A DNA stretch of 64,000 nucleotides, from positions 3 to 64,002 of the forward strand of contig JAFSGC010000005.1 in NCBI GenBank assembly GCA_017434825.1, written 5' to 3'. The notes under the pieces were generated by a model. It saw nothing but the letters and a program-made list of their open reading frames with translations. It made no database searches and was not told where the DNA came from. The stretch is from Bacilli bacterium. Its GTDB lineage: Bacteria; Bacillota_I; Bacilli_A; RF39; UBA660. Below are positions 19,563 to 30,068 of the stretch, one piece after another (position 1 is the stretch's first letter; every line of letters begins with the position of its first letter). The position numbers were made by a program, and so were the translations under genes.

Positions 19563-19590
19563 AAGCAAAGTTTAATACTTTGTTTTTTTT
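19562..19590 (+). terminator. Intrinsic terminator after gatB
   Basis: AAGCAAAGT-ttaat-ACTTTGTT followed by a T-tract. Confidence 0.65.
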
Positions 19591-19678
19591 ATGCAACTAA
19601 AAATTTACATATGTTATATAAAATTGATAGTAAAAAATATTAAAACGAGATATACTATAGCCAAGAAGTAGGTGTAGT

Positions 19679-20488
19679 ATGAACTTTTTTGAACAGATTC
19701 TTTATTGGTTGCAGGGAGAAATGAATACTCCTACAGCATATGGTTGGTTTCATTTATTGTGTATTTTTTTAGTCGTTTTATTTATATATCTTTTGTATTT
19801 AAATAGAAAAAAATATAATGATAAGCAGTTAAAGTTAGTATTATTTACTTATGGAAGTATTGCCCTTATATTAGAGCTATTAAAGCAATTAATTTGGACA
19901 TTTAATTATGACCCAGCAACTAAAATTATTACATGGGACTACGAATGGTATGCATTTCCGTTTCAATTATGCTCCACACCAATTTATGTAAGTTTAATAT
20001 GTTTATTCTTAAAAAAAGGAAAAACTAGAACAGCGCTACTATCTTATTTAGCGTATGTCACAATTTTAGGAAGTATCTCTACTATCTTGATACCCGACAG
20101 TTGTTTTACAAGCGATACATTAGTTAACATTCATACCATGTGGCTTCATTTAGGTAGTTTTGTAGTATCTGTATACTTATTGATGAATAAAGAAGTAGAG
20201 GTAAATATAACTAATTTAAAAAATTCAATTAAAGTGTTTTTACTGTTTGCAACCTTAGCGTACATATCAAATATTGTAATATATAATTTAGGTATATTAA
20301 ATGATGAATCTTTTAATATGTTTTACATAAGTCCATATTTTGAAAGCAGTTTGCCTGTTTTTGTTGATATCCAAAAAGTAGTTCCGCATATTGTTTTCTT
20401 ATTAATTTATATTATTGCATTATCAATTGGAGCTTACATAATATATTTTATAGCAAAATTATTTTCAAAAAAGAGAAGAGCTAATTAA
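19679..20488 (+). CDS. YwaF/TMEM164-family integral membrane protein
   Basis: Multiple TMs; YGWFH, FPFQLCS and NMFYISP motifs. Confidence 0.75.
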   Translation: MNFFEQILYWLQGEMNTPTAYGWFHLLCIFLVVLFIYLLYLNRKKYNDKQLKLVLFTYGSIALILELLKQLIWTFNYDPATKIITWDYEWYAFPFQLCSTPIYVSLICLFLKKGKTRTALLSYLAYVTILGSISTILIPDSCFTSDTLVNIHTMWLHLGSFVVSVYLLMNKEVEVNITNLKNSIKVFLLFATLAYISNIVIYNLGILNDESFNMFYISPYFESSLPVFVDIQKVVPHIVFLLIYIIALSIGAYIIYFIAKLFSKKRRAN

Positions 20489-20570
20489 GCTTTTCTTTTT
20501 ATATTGTAAAAACTATTTAAAAAAAGATAAATATTATGTTATAATTATAAAAGAATAAAGAGGTGTTTTT

Positions 20571-22319
20571 ATGTTCGGGAAAATTCTATATATTAGCGAT
20601 AATATAGCCCACGTTCAAAACTTAGCTAAAGGCGCAATTACGGCGGATTTAATGAACTTACATGTAATATTTGAAAGTGGAGAACAAAGAATATTAGGAG
20701 AAATAACAGAACTAAATGATGAATTAATAAAAATTCGTTTCTTAGGAGAATACATCGGTGAAAGATATATTAATGGTGTCCTTAGAAAACCTTTATTATC
20801 TTCTTCAATTAGAATAATAAATGGGCAAGAATTAATGGCTTTAGTAGGCCAATATAATGAAAATAGCTTTGTTTTGGGAGCTAGTGCAATTTATAAAGAA
20901 TTTACAGTTTGCCCAAATATTAACGATTTATTTTCAAATCACTTAGCTATTTTTGGAAACTCAGGTTCAGGTAAGTCATGTGGAGTATCTAGAATTGTCC
21001 AAAATATCTTCTTAAATAAAAATACAACTTCAAAAAATGCAAATTTGTTTATTTTTGATGCTTATGGTGAATATAAAAACGCTTTTAATAAAATTAATCA
21101 AATAAATCCTGAATATAATTATAAGTTTATTACCACAAACCCAACAGATCCTACAGATGTACTATTACAAATACCTGTTAATTTACTTACTTTAGATGAT
21201 TATGCATTATTATTACAAGCAAGCAGTCACACACAATTACCAATATTAGAAAGAACACTTAAATTAACTAGAATATTTGCAATGGATAGTCCAGAATCTA
21301 GAAAATATAAAAACCATTTAATCGCAAAAGCTTTACTTGCAATTTTATTTAGTAGCGAAACTACTTCACAAAAGAAAAATGAAATCTTTCAAATAATAGA
21401 AACTTGTCATACCCCAGAGTTCAATTTTGATACAACAATTCAAGGATTAGGATATACCAGATCTTTTAGTGAATGCTTCGAAATTGATTCAAATGGTTAT
21501 TTTGGAGAATCTGTATTAATTACTGAATACATTTTAAAGAATATTGATGATAGTATCGAAAACATGCAACCAGATCCAATGGTAACATATACTTTAAAAG
21601 ATTTTTCAAAAGCATTGGAATTCACTTTAATCAGTGAAGGTTTCTTACACAATAACACCCTAATGGATGAAGCATCAATATTACGTGTACGTATTAATAC
21701 AATTGTAAATGGTATAGTAGGTAATTACTTTAATGGAACCACTTTTGTTTCTAACCAAGATTATATAAACTCTCTAAAATCATTAGGAGGACAAAAAGCC
21801 CAAATCATTAATATCAACCTTGAGGACATCGATGATATTTATGCTAAAGTTATTGTAAAAATATTCTGTAAATTATTATTTGATTATGCTAAAGGATTAC
21901 AAAATAGAGCTAGTGTTCCATTCCATTTATTCTTAGAAGAAGCCCATAGATATATTCAAAAAGATAACGATACATTCTTACTTGGATATAATATCTTTGA
22001 TAGAATCGCTAAAGAAGGGCGTAAATATGGAGTTTTACTTGATATTATTTCTCAGAGACCAGTTGAAATTTCAGATACAGTTATAGCTCAATGTTCAAAC
22101 TTCTTAATATTTAAAATGACACATCCTCTAGATATTAAATATATTGAAGAAATGCTTCCAAACATGTCTACAGACGTAATTGAAAAACAAAAAACACTTC
22201 AACCAGGTACTTGCGTTGCATTTGGTAGCGCATTTAAGATACCGATGATTGTAAAACTTGAAATGCCAAATCCAATGCCATATTCATCAAACTGTAATGT
22301 ATCTGGATGTTGGAGATAA
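20571..22319 (+). CDS. HerA/FtsK-superfamily ATPase (DUF87)
   Basis: HLAIFGNSGSGKS Walker A, FDAYGEY, LEEAHRYI Walker B, IAKEGRKYG arginine finger, ISQRP. Confidence 0.9.
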   Translation: MFGKILYISDNIAHVQNLAKGAITADLMNLHVIFESGEQRILGEITELNDELIKIRFLGEYIGERYINGVLRKPLLSSSIRIINGQELMALVGQYNENSFVLGASAIYKEFTVCPNINDLFSNHLAIFGNSGSGKSCGVSRIVQNIFLNKNTTSKNANLFIFDAYGEYKNAFNKINQINPEYNYKFITTNPTDPTDVLLQIPVNLLTLDDYALLLQASSHTQLPILERTLKLTRIFAMDSPESRKYKNHLIAKALLAILFSSETTSQKKNEIFQIIETCHTPEFNFDTTIQGLGYTRSFSECFEIDSNGYFGESVLITEYILKNIDDSIENMQPDPMVTYTLKDFSKALEFTLISEGFLHNNTLMDEASILRVRINTIVNGIVGNYFNGTTFVSNQDYINSLKSLGGQKAQIININLEDIDDIYAKVIVKIFCKLLFDYAKGLQNRASVPFHLFLEEAHRYIQKDNDTFLLGYNIFDRIAKEGRKYGVLLDIISQRPVEISDTVIAQCSNFLIFKMTHPLDIKYIEEMLPNMSTDVIEKQKTLQPGTCVAFGSAFKIPMIVKLEMPNPMPYSSNCNVSGCWR

Positions 22320-22557
22320 AAAATAGTTCATTAATTTGAACTTTTTTATTTTTTTAAAAACTCATTAATAAAAGTATAATTAAAATTGCAGTAATATAAC
22401 TAAGCCAAATAGATATATTTTCAAATAAATCTTTCTATTTGACCTGCAATAGATATTAAACGACCCAACATATAATCACTCATATATTTTACGTAGTTGA
22501 TGTAAACATTTATTAAAAATATTTATTTGTATAACTACCTTTGATATAATTAAATTG

Positions 22558-22725
22558 TCTAGATTATAGTTTATCTTAGCATAAAACCGACAATGATAGA
22601 TAAACGGGAATCTAATTGAATTATGGTGTTGAAGATCTACCCATTAAGTGAGTAGAAATCCTAAAGTGATTCATGTGATGCCCACCTGCGTAGAGCGGGA
22701 TTTTATCACGGTAAACTATTCTAGA
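22558..22725 (+). ncRNA. ssrS: 6S RNA
   Basis: Closing stem TCTAGATTATAGTTTATC/GGTAAACTATTCTAGA, Firmicutes 6S-like CCCACCTGCGTAGAGCGGG, ~170 nt, TGATATAAT extended -10 at 22542-22550. Located directly before tcdA, as for the B. subtilis 6S gene in aspS-6S-yrvM. Confidence 0.85.
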
Positions 22726-22747
22726 TTTTTTTTAAAGGAATAAAATT

Positions 22748-23419
22748 ATGTATGAGCGATTAAACGGATTATTTTCTAAAGATCAAATAAATATTTTAAA
22801 TACAGCAAAAATCTTATTAGTGGGAGTAGGAGGAGTTGGGTCTGTTTGCTTTGAAATATTAATTAGAAGTGGTATTAAGAATATTACTGTAGTTGATTTT
22901 GATACATATGAAGAAAGTAATATCAATAGACAATTGCATTCAAATATAAATGTAATTGGCAAAAATAAAGTTGATGTATTAAAAAAATATGCTCAAAATA
23001 TATCAAGAGATATAAAAGTTACTGTCATTAATGAATTTTTAAATAAAGATAGTAATTTAAATTATGACGACTACGATTATATTATAGATGCTTGCGACAG
23101 TATTGGGGCCAAAATTTTACTTATTACTAAAGCTAAGGAATATAATAAGAGTATCATTAGTTCTTTAGGAGTAGGCAATCGAATCGATCCTACGAAGTTA
23201 ACTATAAACAGCTTAAGGAAGACTACGGGCGATCCGTTAGGGAAAAAATTAAGACATGAACTTAATAAAATTGATTTTCATGATGATGTTAAGGTTGTAT
23301 CTTCATGCGAATTACCAATTAAAGCTAATCCTGTTTCCTCATACATGAGTGTATCTGCTACTGCAGGAATTTTACTTGCTGATGCAGTAATAAAGGATTT
23401 AATTAATGAAGGAAAATAA
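22748..23419 (+). CDS. tcdA: tRNA threonylcarbamoyladenosine dehydratase (ThiF family)
   Basis: GVGGVGS, DFDTYEESNINRQ, IIDACDS and DPLGKKLR motifs. Confidence 0.85.
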   Translation: MYERLNGLFSKDQINILNTAKILLVGVGGVGSVCFEILIRSGIKNITVVDFDTYEESNINRQLHSNINVIGKNKVDVLKKYAQNISRDIKVTVINEFLNKDSNLNYDDYDYIIDACDSIGAKILLITKAKEYNKSIISSLGVGNRIDPTKLTINSLRKTTGDPLGKKLRHELNKIDFHDDVKVVSSCELPIKANPVSSYMSVSATAGILLADAVIKDLINEGK

Positions 23420-25265
23420 TAATTTTGATTATAAAAAAATTAAAGAAATGGATGTTAACGAAATGCAAGAACTCGCAGTAAATATGCGAGCTTTTATCTT
23501 GAATAACGTTTCTAAAACCGGAGGACATTTATCATCAAACTTGGGAATAGTGGACTTAACAATTGCGATGATGAAAGTATTCGACCCACAAGAAGATATA
23601 TTTTTATACGATGTTGGACATCAGTGTTATCCGTATAAGATTTTAACTGGAAGATCAGATAAATTTGATACACTTAGAAAAAAAGATGGCTTATCTGGTT
23701 TTCAATCAATAAATGAATCAGAGTACGATAAATTTGAAGCTGGTCATTCATCAACTTCAATTAGCACTGGTTTAGGCATGGCGTGCGCAAGAGATTTAGA
23801 TAATAAGAATTATAATGTCATATCAATTATTGGGGATGGATCAATTAGTAATGGACTAGCCTATGAAGCAATAAACCAAATGGGCGATACCAAAACTAAG
23901 CAAATAATTATTTTAAATGATAATCAGATGAGTATTAGCCAAAATGTTGGAGCAATTCACAATACTCTTGATACAATCCGCGCTGGAAAAGGATATAACA
24001 AAGCAAAAAGCAATACTAAAAATATTCTTAATAAAACAAAATTAGGCAAAAGTCTTGCAAAGGGTATTGATTGTATTAAAGATAACATCAAAAAGGTTTA
24101 TTTAAAAAAAGGATCACTATTTGATGATTTTGGAATTGAGTATTATGGGCCAATTAACGGACACGATTATGAAGAGCTAATAAAATATTTAAATATAGCT
24201 AAGAATGAAACTAATCCAGTTTTACTTCACGTAATTACTCAAAAAGGAAAAGGGTACCAATATGCAGAGGATGATAAAACAGGAAAATTTCACGGAATAT
24301 CTGCATTTGATTATAAAACTGGAGAAGTAACAAATAGTACTAACTTGCCTTCGTATAGTGAAATAATAAGTTCATACGTTTACAATTTTGCAAGAAAGGA
24401 CAAAGATATTATTTGTATAACTCCAGGAATGTGTTACGGAAGCAAATTAGAAACTATAAAAGAAAAGTTACCTAATCAATATATAGACGTTGGCATCGCA
24501 GAAGAACATAGTCTTTTATTTGCAAACGGTTTAGCGCTAAGCAAAAAGAAACCTATCGTTTTTATATATTCTACCTTTTTACAAAGAGGATATGATGAGT
24601 TAGTACACGATATCGCTAGAATGAATAACGGTGTAACATTGTGTATCGACCGCGCAGGATTAGTTCCAAGCGATGGAGTATCTCACCAAGGTATTTTTGA
24701 TATTCCGATGATGATGAATGTTCCGAACATGATAATCTCAATGCCAAAGGACGCTAAAGAAGCTAATAACTTAATTTATACTTCATTACAAACAAATAAA
24801 CCTTTTGCTATACGGTATCCCAAAACAAATATCAAATATGATTTTGGAAAGGCTAAATTACTTCCTATCGGTTCTTGGGAGGTCGTTAAAGGCGGAAATG
24901 ACGGCATTTTAATTACATACGGAGATTTTGTCGCAAGAGCAATAAAAATTGCTGAAGAGCTTTCTAAATCAGATATTAAATTATCAGTAATTAACGCCCG
25001 ATTTATTAAACCTTTTGATACAAAATTATTTGATAAAATTCTTAAAGCTGAAAAACCAATATACATTTACGAAGAAAGCCTAAAATTAGGCTCTTTAGGA
25101 AGTGTTTTGGCTCAAACTGCAGTAGAGAATGGATTCAAAGAAAAGTTTAAAATTTTCGCTATTAATGACGAATTTATACCACACGCCTCGAGAGAGGAAT
25201 TAATTAAATTAGTTAATCTTGACGAGGAAACAATAATAAGCAAAATAAAAGAGGATTTTGAATAA
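23406..25265 (+). CDS. dxs: 1-deoxy-D-xylulose-5-phosphate synthase
   Basis: GGHLSSNLG, DVGHQCY, GHSSTSIS, IGDGS...LNDN, DVGIAEEH and DRAG motifs. Confidence 0.96.
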   Translation: MKENNNFDYKKIKEMDVNEMQELAVNMRAFILNNVSKTGGHLSSNLGIVDLTIAMMKVFDPQEDIFLYDVGHQCYPYKILTGRSDKFDTLRKKDGLSGFQSINESEYDKFEAGHSSTSISTGLGMACARDLDNKNYNVISIIGDGSISNGLAYEAINQMGDTKTKQIIILNDNQMSISQNVGAIHNTLDTIRAGKGYNKAKSNTKNILNKTKLGKSLAKGIDCIKDNIKKVYLKKGSLFDDFGIEYYGPINGHDYEELIKYLNIAKNETNPVLLHVITQKGKGYQYAEDDKTGKFHGISAFDYKTGEVTNSTNLPSYSEIISSYVYNFARKDKDIICITPGMCYGSKLETIKEKLPNQYIDVGIAEEHSLLFANGLALSKKKPIVFIYSTFLQRGYDELVHDIARMNNGVTLCIDRAGLVPSDGVSHQGIFDIPMMMNVPNMIISMPKDAKEANNLIYTSLQTNKPFAIRYPKTNIKYDFGKAKLLPIGSWEVVKGGNDGILITYGDFVARAIKIAEELSKSDIKLSVINARFIKPFDTKLFDKILKAEKPIYIYEESLKLGSLGSVLAQTAVENGFKEKFKIFAINDEFIPHASREELIKLVNLDEETIISKIKEDFE

Positions 25266-25327
25266 TCCTTTTTTAATTGAAAAATATTTAATTTAGTATA
25301 TAATACATAGCAAAAGAAGGGGAGTTT

Positions 25328-25987
25328 ATGGAAAATAAATACGAAAATAAGGAATTATGTGCCAGTTGCGGCGGTAAATGTTGTAAAAAAGGTGGGTGTC
25401 AATATGCACCACAAGACTTCGAAAGTTTAAAATTTGATTATCTTTTAGAAAAACTACAAGAAGGTTATATATCAATTGTATCAGTTATTGATTTCATCGA
25501 TTTTAAAGGAAAATTAATTGCCAATCCTATGTTATATATTAAATCACGTAATGTTAATCGTCCAATTGTTGACTTAATATCAATGAGAACTGCATGTAGT
25601 GCACTAACCGATACAGGATGTCGTTATGATTTTGAACATCGTCCAAGTGGAGGAATAAACTTGATACCTAGCAACGGTCCTGAAGGTTGTTATCCAGAAA
25701 AAAATCCTTTAGAATTTATAATGATGTGGCAATCACAACAACAAGTATTAAGAAAATTAATTAAAAGAATTACAGGAAAGAGTGTTGAAGCTCAGCTTGC
25801 TGAAGATGCATACAAACTATTTAAAGATGTATTTGCTAGAAAGTTCGATGGTGTAGCTCCCGAAGAAATCCAAGAAATCCTAAGTATGCTCCCAAATCTA
25901 TCATTAGTATATCCAGAAAGTTATCATAAAGCTTATAACGAACATCGTGTAATGTGTCCAAACGATCCAATATATCGAAGAAAATAA
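25328..25987 (+). CDS. CxxCxxxCC (YkgJ-like) metal-binding hypothetical protein
   Basis: CASCGGKCC...C near the N-terminus and a second C..L...GC......RP motif. Confidence 0.7.
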   Translation: MENKYENKELCASCGGKCCKKGGCQYAPQDFESLKFDYLLEKLQEGYISIVSVIDFIDFKGKLIANPMLYIKSRNVNRPIVDLISMRTACSALTDTGCRYDFEHRPSGGINLIPSNGPEGCYPEKNPLEFIMMWQSQQQVLRKLIKRITGKSVEAQLAEDAYKLFKDVFARKFDGVAPEEIQEILSMLPNLSLVYPESYHKAYNEHRVMCPNDPIYRRK

Positions 25988-26013
25988 AAAACTTTGGTGA
26001 TATTCCAAAGTTT

Positions 26014-26991
26014 TTATTTTTTACTTATTAAGAAATCTGCTAATTCATGCGGATCTTTTTTGCCATCAATAATATCATTAATTAGACTTATAAGAGGAAT
26101 ATTAATATTCTTTTTATCAAGTAATCTTAATATAATCTTAGTAGTAAAATATCCTTCAACTGTATTTTTTTCTCTAAATTCTTTAATTTTATTAATATCA
26201 CCAGTTGAACCAATTACATAACCAAAAGAGTAGTTACGACTTTTCTTTGACATACTAGTCATTAAAAGGTCCCCAACACCAGCAAACGATAAAATTGTTT
26301 TTGGTTTTCCTCCTAAGAAAGATATTAAATCTTTAATATCATGAAGAGATTCATTAATTAAAAATGCTTGTGTACTTTCTGAGTATCCTAAGCCGCCTAA
26401 AATGCCTGATGCAATAGCTATAATATTTTTTACGCTTCCACAAATTTGAACTCCAATCATATCTCTAGATTTACGTAATTTCAAAGTGTCATTGCTTAAT
26501 GCATCAGCAACTACATTTCTAGTTCTAGTGCTATTTGAAGCAATTGCAAGCGCAACAGGCTCATTGTTTACCATATCAATTGCAAAAGTAGGGCCCGAAA
26601 TAACAGCAATATTTTTTGTCTTTAATGTTTCTTTAACTACGTTAGATAATAACTTACAAGTATTATCTTCAATCCCTTTACTAGCAATACATATTGGAAC
26701 ATTTTTATTATAAAATTCCTTAATATTATTGGATACTTCCCAAATAAAACGAGAAGCACATGTTAAAAAGATTATTTCAGAATCTTTTAAAACTTTCTCT
26801 AAATCACCAGAAACAGAAATATTCTTAGGAAACTTATACGTTTCCATTACAGATTTCAAATTTCCTGTCTTTTCCCATTCGCTTATTTTTTCTTTACTTT
26901 CACTCCACATACATACATCGTGGTTATTTTTGGCTAGAGCAGAGGCAATAGCAATACCATAGGCTCCAGTTCCTAATACTGATACTTTCAT
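26014..26991 (-). CDS. gpsA: NAD(P)H-dependent glycerol-3-phosphate dehydrogenase
   Basis: GTGAYG, ASKGIE, ISGPTFA, KNIIAIASG, GVGDL and SRNY motifs. Confidence 0.95.
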   Translation of the reverse strand: MKVSVLGTGAYGIAIASALAKNNHDVCMWSESKEKISEWEKTGNLKSVMETYKFPKNISVSGDLEKVLKDSEIIFLTCASRFIWEVSNNIKEFYNKNVPICIASKGIEDNTCKLLSNVVKETLKTKNIAVISGPTFAIDMVNNEPVALAIASNSTRTRNVVADALSNDTLKLRKSRDMIGVQICGSVKNIIAIASGILGGLGYSESTQAFLINESLHDIKDLISFLGGKPKTILSFAGVGDLLMTSMSKKSRNYSFGYVIGSTGDINKIKEFREKNTVEGYFTTKIILRLLDKKNINIPLISLINDIIDGKKDPHELADFLISKK

Positions 26992-28187
26992 TTTTTCTTC
27001 TTCCTTTCATTATGTACTTTATTCAAATTATTTTCAATTAAATTATCTTTTGGAATATAATATATTTGATCTTTTAAACTATCTGGTAAATATTGTTGTT
27101 CAACATAACTATTTAAATAATCATGAGGATATTTATAGTCTTTAGATCCATTTTTTATGTGCTTTGGAATCTTACCAGCTTTTCCCATATTTATATCATT
27201 CAATGCGCGATGAAGTGCCATATATGCGCTATTACTTTTTGGAGAAAGTGCCATTTCTACTACAATTTCCGCCAAAGGAATTTGCGCCTCAGGTAAGCCG
27301 ACACGTTCAGCAGCGTTTATTGCACTATCTAAACGAGGTCCAATCCCAGGGTTTGCAAGACCAATATCTTCATAGGCAATAACACTAAGACGTCTTTCAA
27401 TAGAATCCAAATCGCCCGCAATAAGCAATCTAGCTAAATAATGGATTGCCGCATTAACGTCAGATCCTCTAATAGACTTTTGTAATGCGCTTAACATATC
27501 ATAATGCCCATCTTCGCTAGCATCAATATATAGATTTGGTTTACTATTTATCAATTTTATGTGATCAACAGTTATAATTTTATCTTTACTACTATGATAT
27601 GACATTTCGAGTAAATTAAGCGCTGATCGCATATCTCCGCCAGATAGAGTAGAGATATACTTAATAGCGTCATCATTGATTTGAATATCTTTTAGTCCTT
27701 CCGATGCTCTTTTAAGGCCATCAGCTATATTTTCTGGCGTTAATTCATGAAGTTCAAAAATCGAAACACGACTTCTTATCGCAGGATTTACTTTTATATA
27801 AGGATTCGATGTAGTTAGTCCAATTAAAATAATTGTTCCATTTTCAATGTGAGGTAATAAAATATCCTGTTTATCCTTGTTCATCCGATGAATTTCATCG
27901 ATTATTAAAATAGCTTCATTATTTAATCTCGCTTCATTTATTGCATTTTCAAAATCACTTTTATTATTTATTACGGCATTCAAAAAGAAACTTTTCTTAT
28001 CAACTTCATTAGCAATAACGCGAGCCAAAGTAGTTTTACCTGTGCCCGGTCTACCGTAAAGAATCATCGAAAAGATTTGTTTATTCTCAATTAAGTTCCG
28101 TAAAACCTTATCTTTGCCTATTAAATGTTCTTGACCTAAAACCTCATCCAAAGTTTTTGGTCTTACTTGATCTGCTAAAATATTCAT
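26988..28187 (-). CDS. rarA: Replication-associated recombination protein A (MgsA/RarA)
   Basis: GRPGTGKTT, IDEIHRMNK, SALQKSIRGSD, EDIGLA and YKYPHDY motifs. Confidence 0.95.
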   Translation of the reverse strand: MNILADQVRPKTLDEVLGQEHLIGKDKVLRNLIENKQIFSMILYGRPGTGKTTLARVIANEVDKKSFFLNAVINNKSDFENAINEARLNNEAILIIDEIHRMNKDKQDILLPHIENGTIILIGLTTSNPYIKVNPAIRSRVSIFELHELTPENIADGLKRASEGLKDIQINDDAIKYISTLSGGDMRSALNLLEMSYHSSKDKIITVDHIKLINSKPNLYIDASEDGHYDMLSALQKSIRGSDVNAAIHYLARLLIAGDLDSIERRLSVIAYEDIGLANPGIGPRLDSAINAAERVGLPEAQIPLAEIVVEMALSPKSNSAYMALHRALNDINMGKAGKIPKHIKNGSKDYKYPHDYLNSYVEQQYLPDSLKDQIYYIPKDNLIENNLNKVHNERKKKK

Positions 28188-28304
28188 ATAGACCTCGCCA
28201 ATATTATATCACAAGCAAGTACAGATTGTAAAAATGTATAATCTCATTTGACTTAAAACAAGCATTTTGATACAATATCTAAGCACAAATGGCAGGTGAT
28301 ATAT

Positions 28305-28877
28305 ATGGCAAACAAAACATTTCAAACAAAAGTTGATTTATATAAAAGTATTATTCAAAAACACTTATTAGCAAATGGTGTTAAATATGTAGCTGGCCAA
28401 AATGAATACTTTTATTTTATTGATGAAATACCATATCGTTTAATAATAAAAGATGAAGTTATTACTATTGAATGTGGACTAACATCAAGTATTGAGCACT
28501 ATGTATTCCCAATTAATCGTGCTGATATTTTATTAGAACACTATGGATTCACAACTCAAACTGGCGAAGTCACAGAAATAACACACACTAAAATTAAAGA
28601 AGAAGGCGAAAGTTTAAACGTTACTGCAGACGCAGTTAAACTATATGCTTCAAACGACAGAGAAGCCTGCGCTAATAAAATCGTATTTTTCAGTAGAGAA
28701 TTACTTGGAAACGGTTTATTTGACACCCTAGTAAAAATTCGTAGTATAGATAATAGTATTCCGACAGGTTTTATTCAAGATATTCCCAAAGCCACATCAA
28801 CAGCAAGCGCTATTAATGACATAGCAGCTCTAGAATACGAATTAAGACAAGATTTAAGACTAAAACAAACTAGATAG
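28305..28877 (+). CDS. Hypothetical protein
   Basis: Own promoter TTGACT-17-TACAAT (28248-28276) and RBS AGGTGA; no recognised motif. Confidence 0.75.
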   Translation: MANKTFQTKVDLYKSIIQKHLLANGVKYVAGQNEYFYFIDEIPYRLIIKDEVITIECGLTSSIEHYVFPINRADILLEHYGFTTQTGEVTEITHTKIKEEGESLNVTADAVKLYASNDREACANKIVFFSRELLGNGLFDTLVKIRSIDNSIPTGFIQDIPKATSTASAINDIAALEYELRQDLRLKQTR

Positions 28878-28918
28878 CATTTGCTTATCTAGTTTTATTT
28901 TTATATAATTAAATAGTG

Positions 28919-29800
28919 ATGAATATGAAACAATATATAGAGAAATATTTAGATTATTTAAAATACGAAAAAAAACTATCAAATAATACATATCTTTCAT
29001 ATTATTACAATTTGAAACAATTTGATATGTATTTTGAAAAAAAAGATTTATTAAAGCTATCAACAGATGAAATTCGAGATTTTTTATATCAAGATAAGAT
29101 TACAGCCAAAACTAGAGCTCACTATTTAACTGTAATTAACTCCTTTTATAATTATTTAATAGATAATAATTATCTTACTATCAATCCAACTCAAACCATA
29201 AAATTACCGAAATTAGAGAAAAAATTACCAGAATATCTAACAATCGAAGAGGTAGATAGAATTCTTAATATCATTCCAACTAAACCTATTGATTATAGAA
29301 ATATTGCAATGTTAGAAACTATATATGCCTCAGGTTTAAGAGTTAGTGAATTAGTAGATTTAAAACTAAGTAACATCGAATTTGATGAATGTATTCTTAG
29401 GATATATGGAAAAGGAAACAAAGAAAGAATAGTTCCAATTAATGATTCAAGTAGAAAAGCTTTAGAACTATATATTAATGATTACCGAGGTTATTTACTA
29501 AAATCTAAAGATAGCGACTACGTATTTATCAATAATTTTGGAAATAAAATCTCGCGCCAAGGCTTTTTTAAGATACTAAAAAAAGTATGCAATGAAAACG
29601 GAATTAATAAACACGTTTCACCGCATACTTTAAGACACTCTTTTGCTACTCATTTACTTAACAACGGAGCAGACTTAAGAGTTATACAAGAACTTCTTGG
29701 GCACAGTAATTTGACAACAACTCAAATCTATTCACATCTATCTAATGAAAAGTTAAAAGAAGATTATCAAAATCACCCAAGAAACAAAATGGAAGACTAA
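28919..29800 (+). CDS. xerD: XerC/XerD-family tyrosine recombinase
   Basis: YASGLRVSEL, GKGNKERIVP, SPHTLRHSFATHLL and LLGHSNLTTTQIY motifs. C vs D assignment is tentative. Confidence 0.88.
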   Translation: MNMKQYIEKYLDYLKYEKKLSNNTYLSYYYNLKQFDMYFEKKDLLKLSTDEIRDFLYQDKITAKTRAHYLTVINSFYNYLIDNNYLTINPTQTIKLPKLEKKLPEYLTIEEVDRILNIIPTKPIDYRNIAMLETIYASGLRVSELVDLKLSNIEFDECILRIYGKGNKERIVPINDSSRKALELYINDYRGYLLKSKDSDYVFINNFGNKISRQGFFKILKKVCNENGINKHVSPHTLRHSFATHLLNNGADLRVIQELLGHSNLTTTQIYSHLSNEKLKEDYQNHPRNKMED

Positions 29801-29806
29801 GCTATA

Positions 29807-29953
29807 CTATTTTGCTTGGCTTCTTGCATTACTATTTGCACGAGCTTTTGATTGAGCTTGGCATCTAGCAGATGAATTAGCATTTGATCTAGCGTTACTT
29901 TTAGCGCTATTTTTTGCATTGTTTCTTGCATTAGCATTTGATTTACTATTCAT
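29807..29953 (-). CDS. 48-aa basic Ala/Asn/Ser/Lys/Arg low-complexity peptide (SASP-like composition)
   Basis: Strong RBS AGGAGG 9 nt before ATG 29953; MNSKSNANARNNAKNSAKSNARSNANSSARCQAQSKARANSNARSQAK; fills the intergenic gap. Confidence 0.8.
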   Translation of the reverse strand: MNSKSNANARNNAKNSAKSNARSNANSSARCQAQSKARANSNARSQAK

Positions 29954-30068
29954 TATATATAACCTCCTATAAGTATTATGGCAACATTTAAAATAATTAT
30001 CATGGAAATATTTGGTTGATAACAAATTAACGTCATGTTATAATAAAACCTCCAAACGAGGGGATTTT

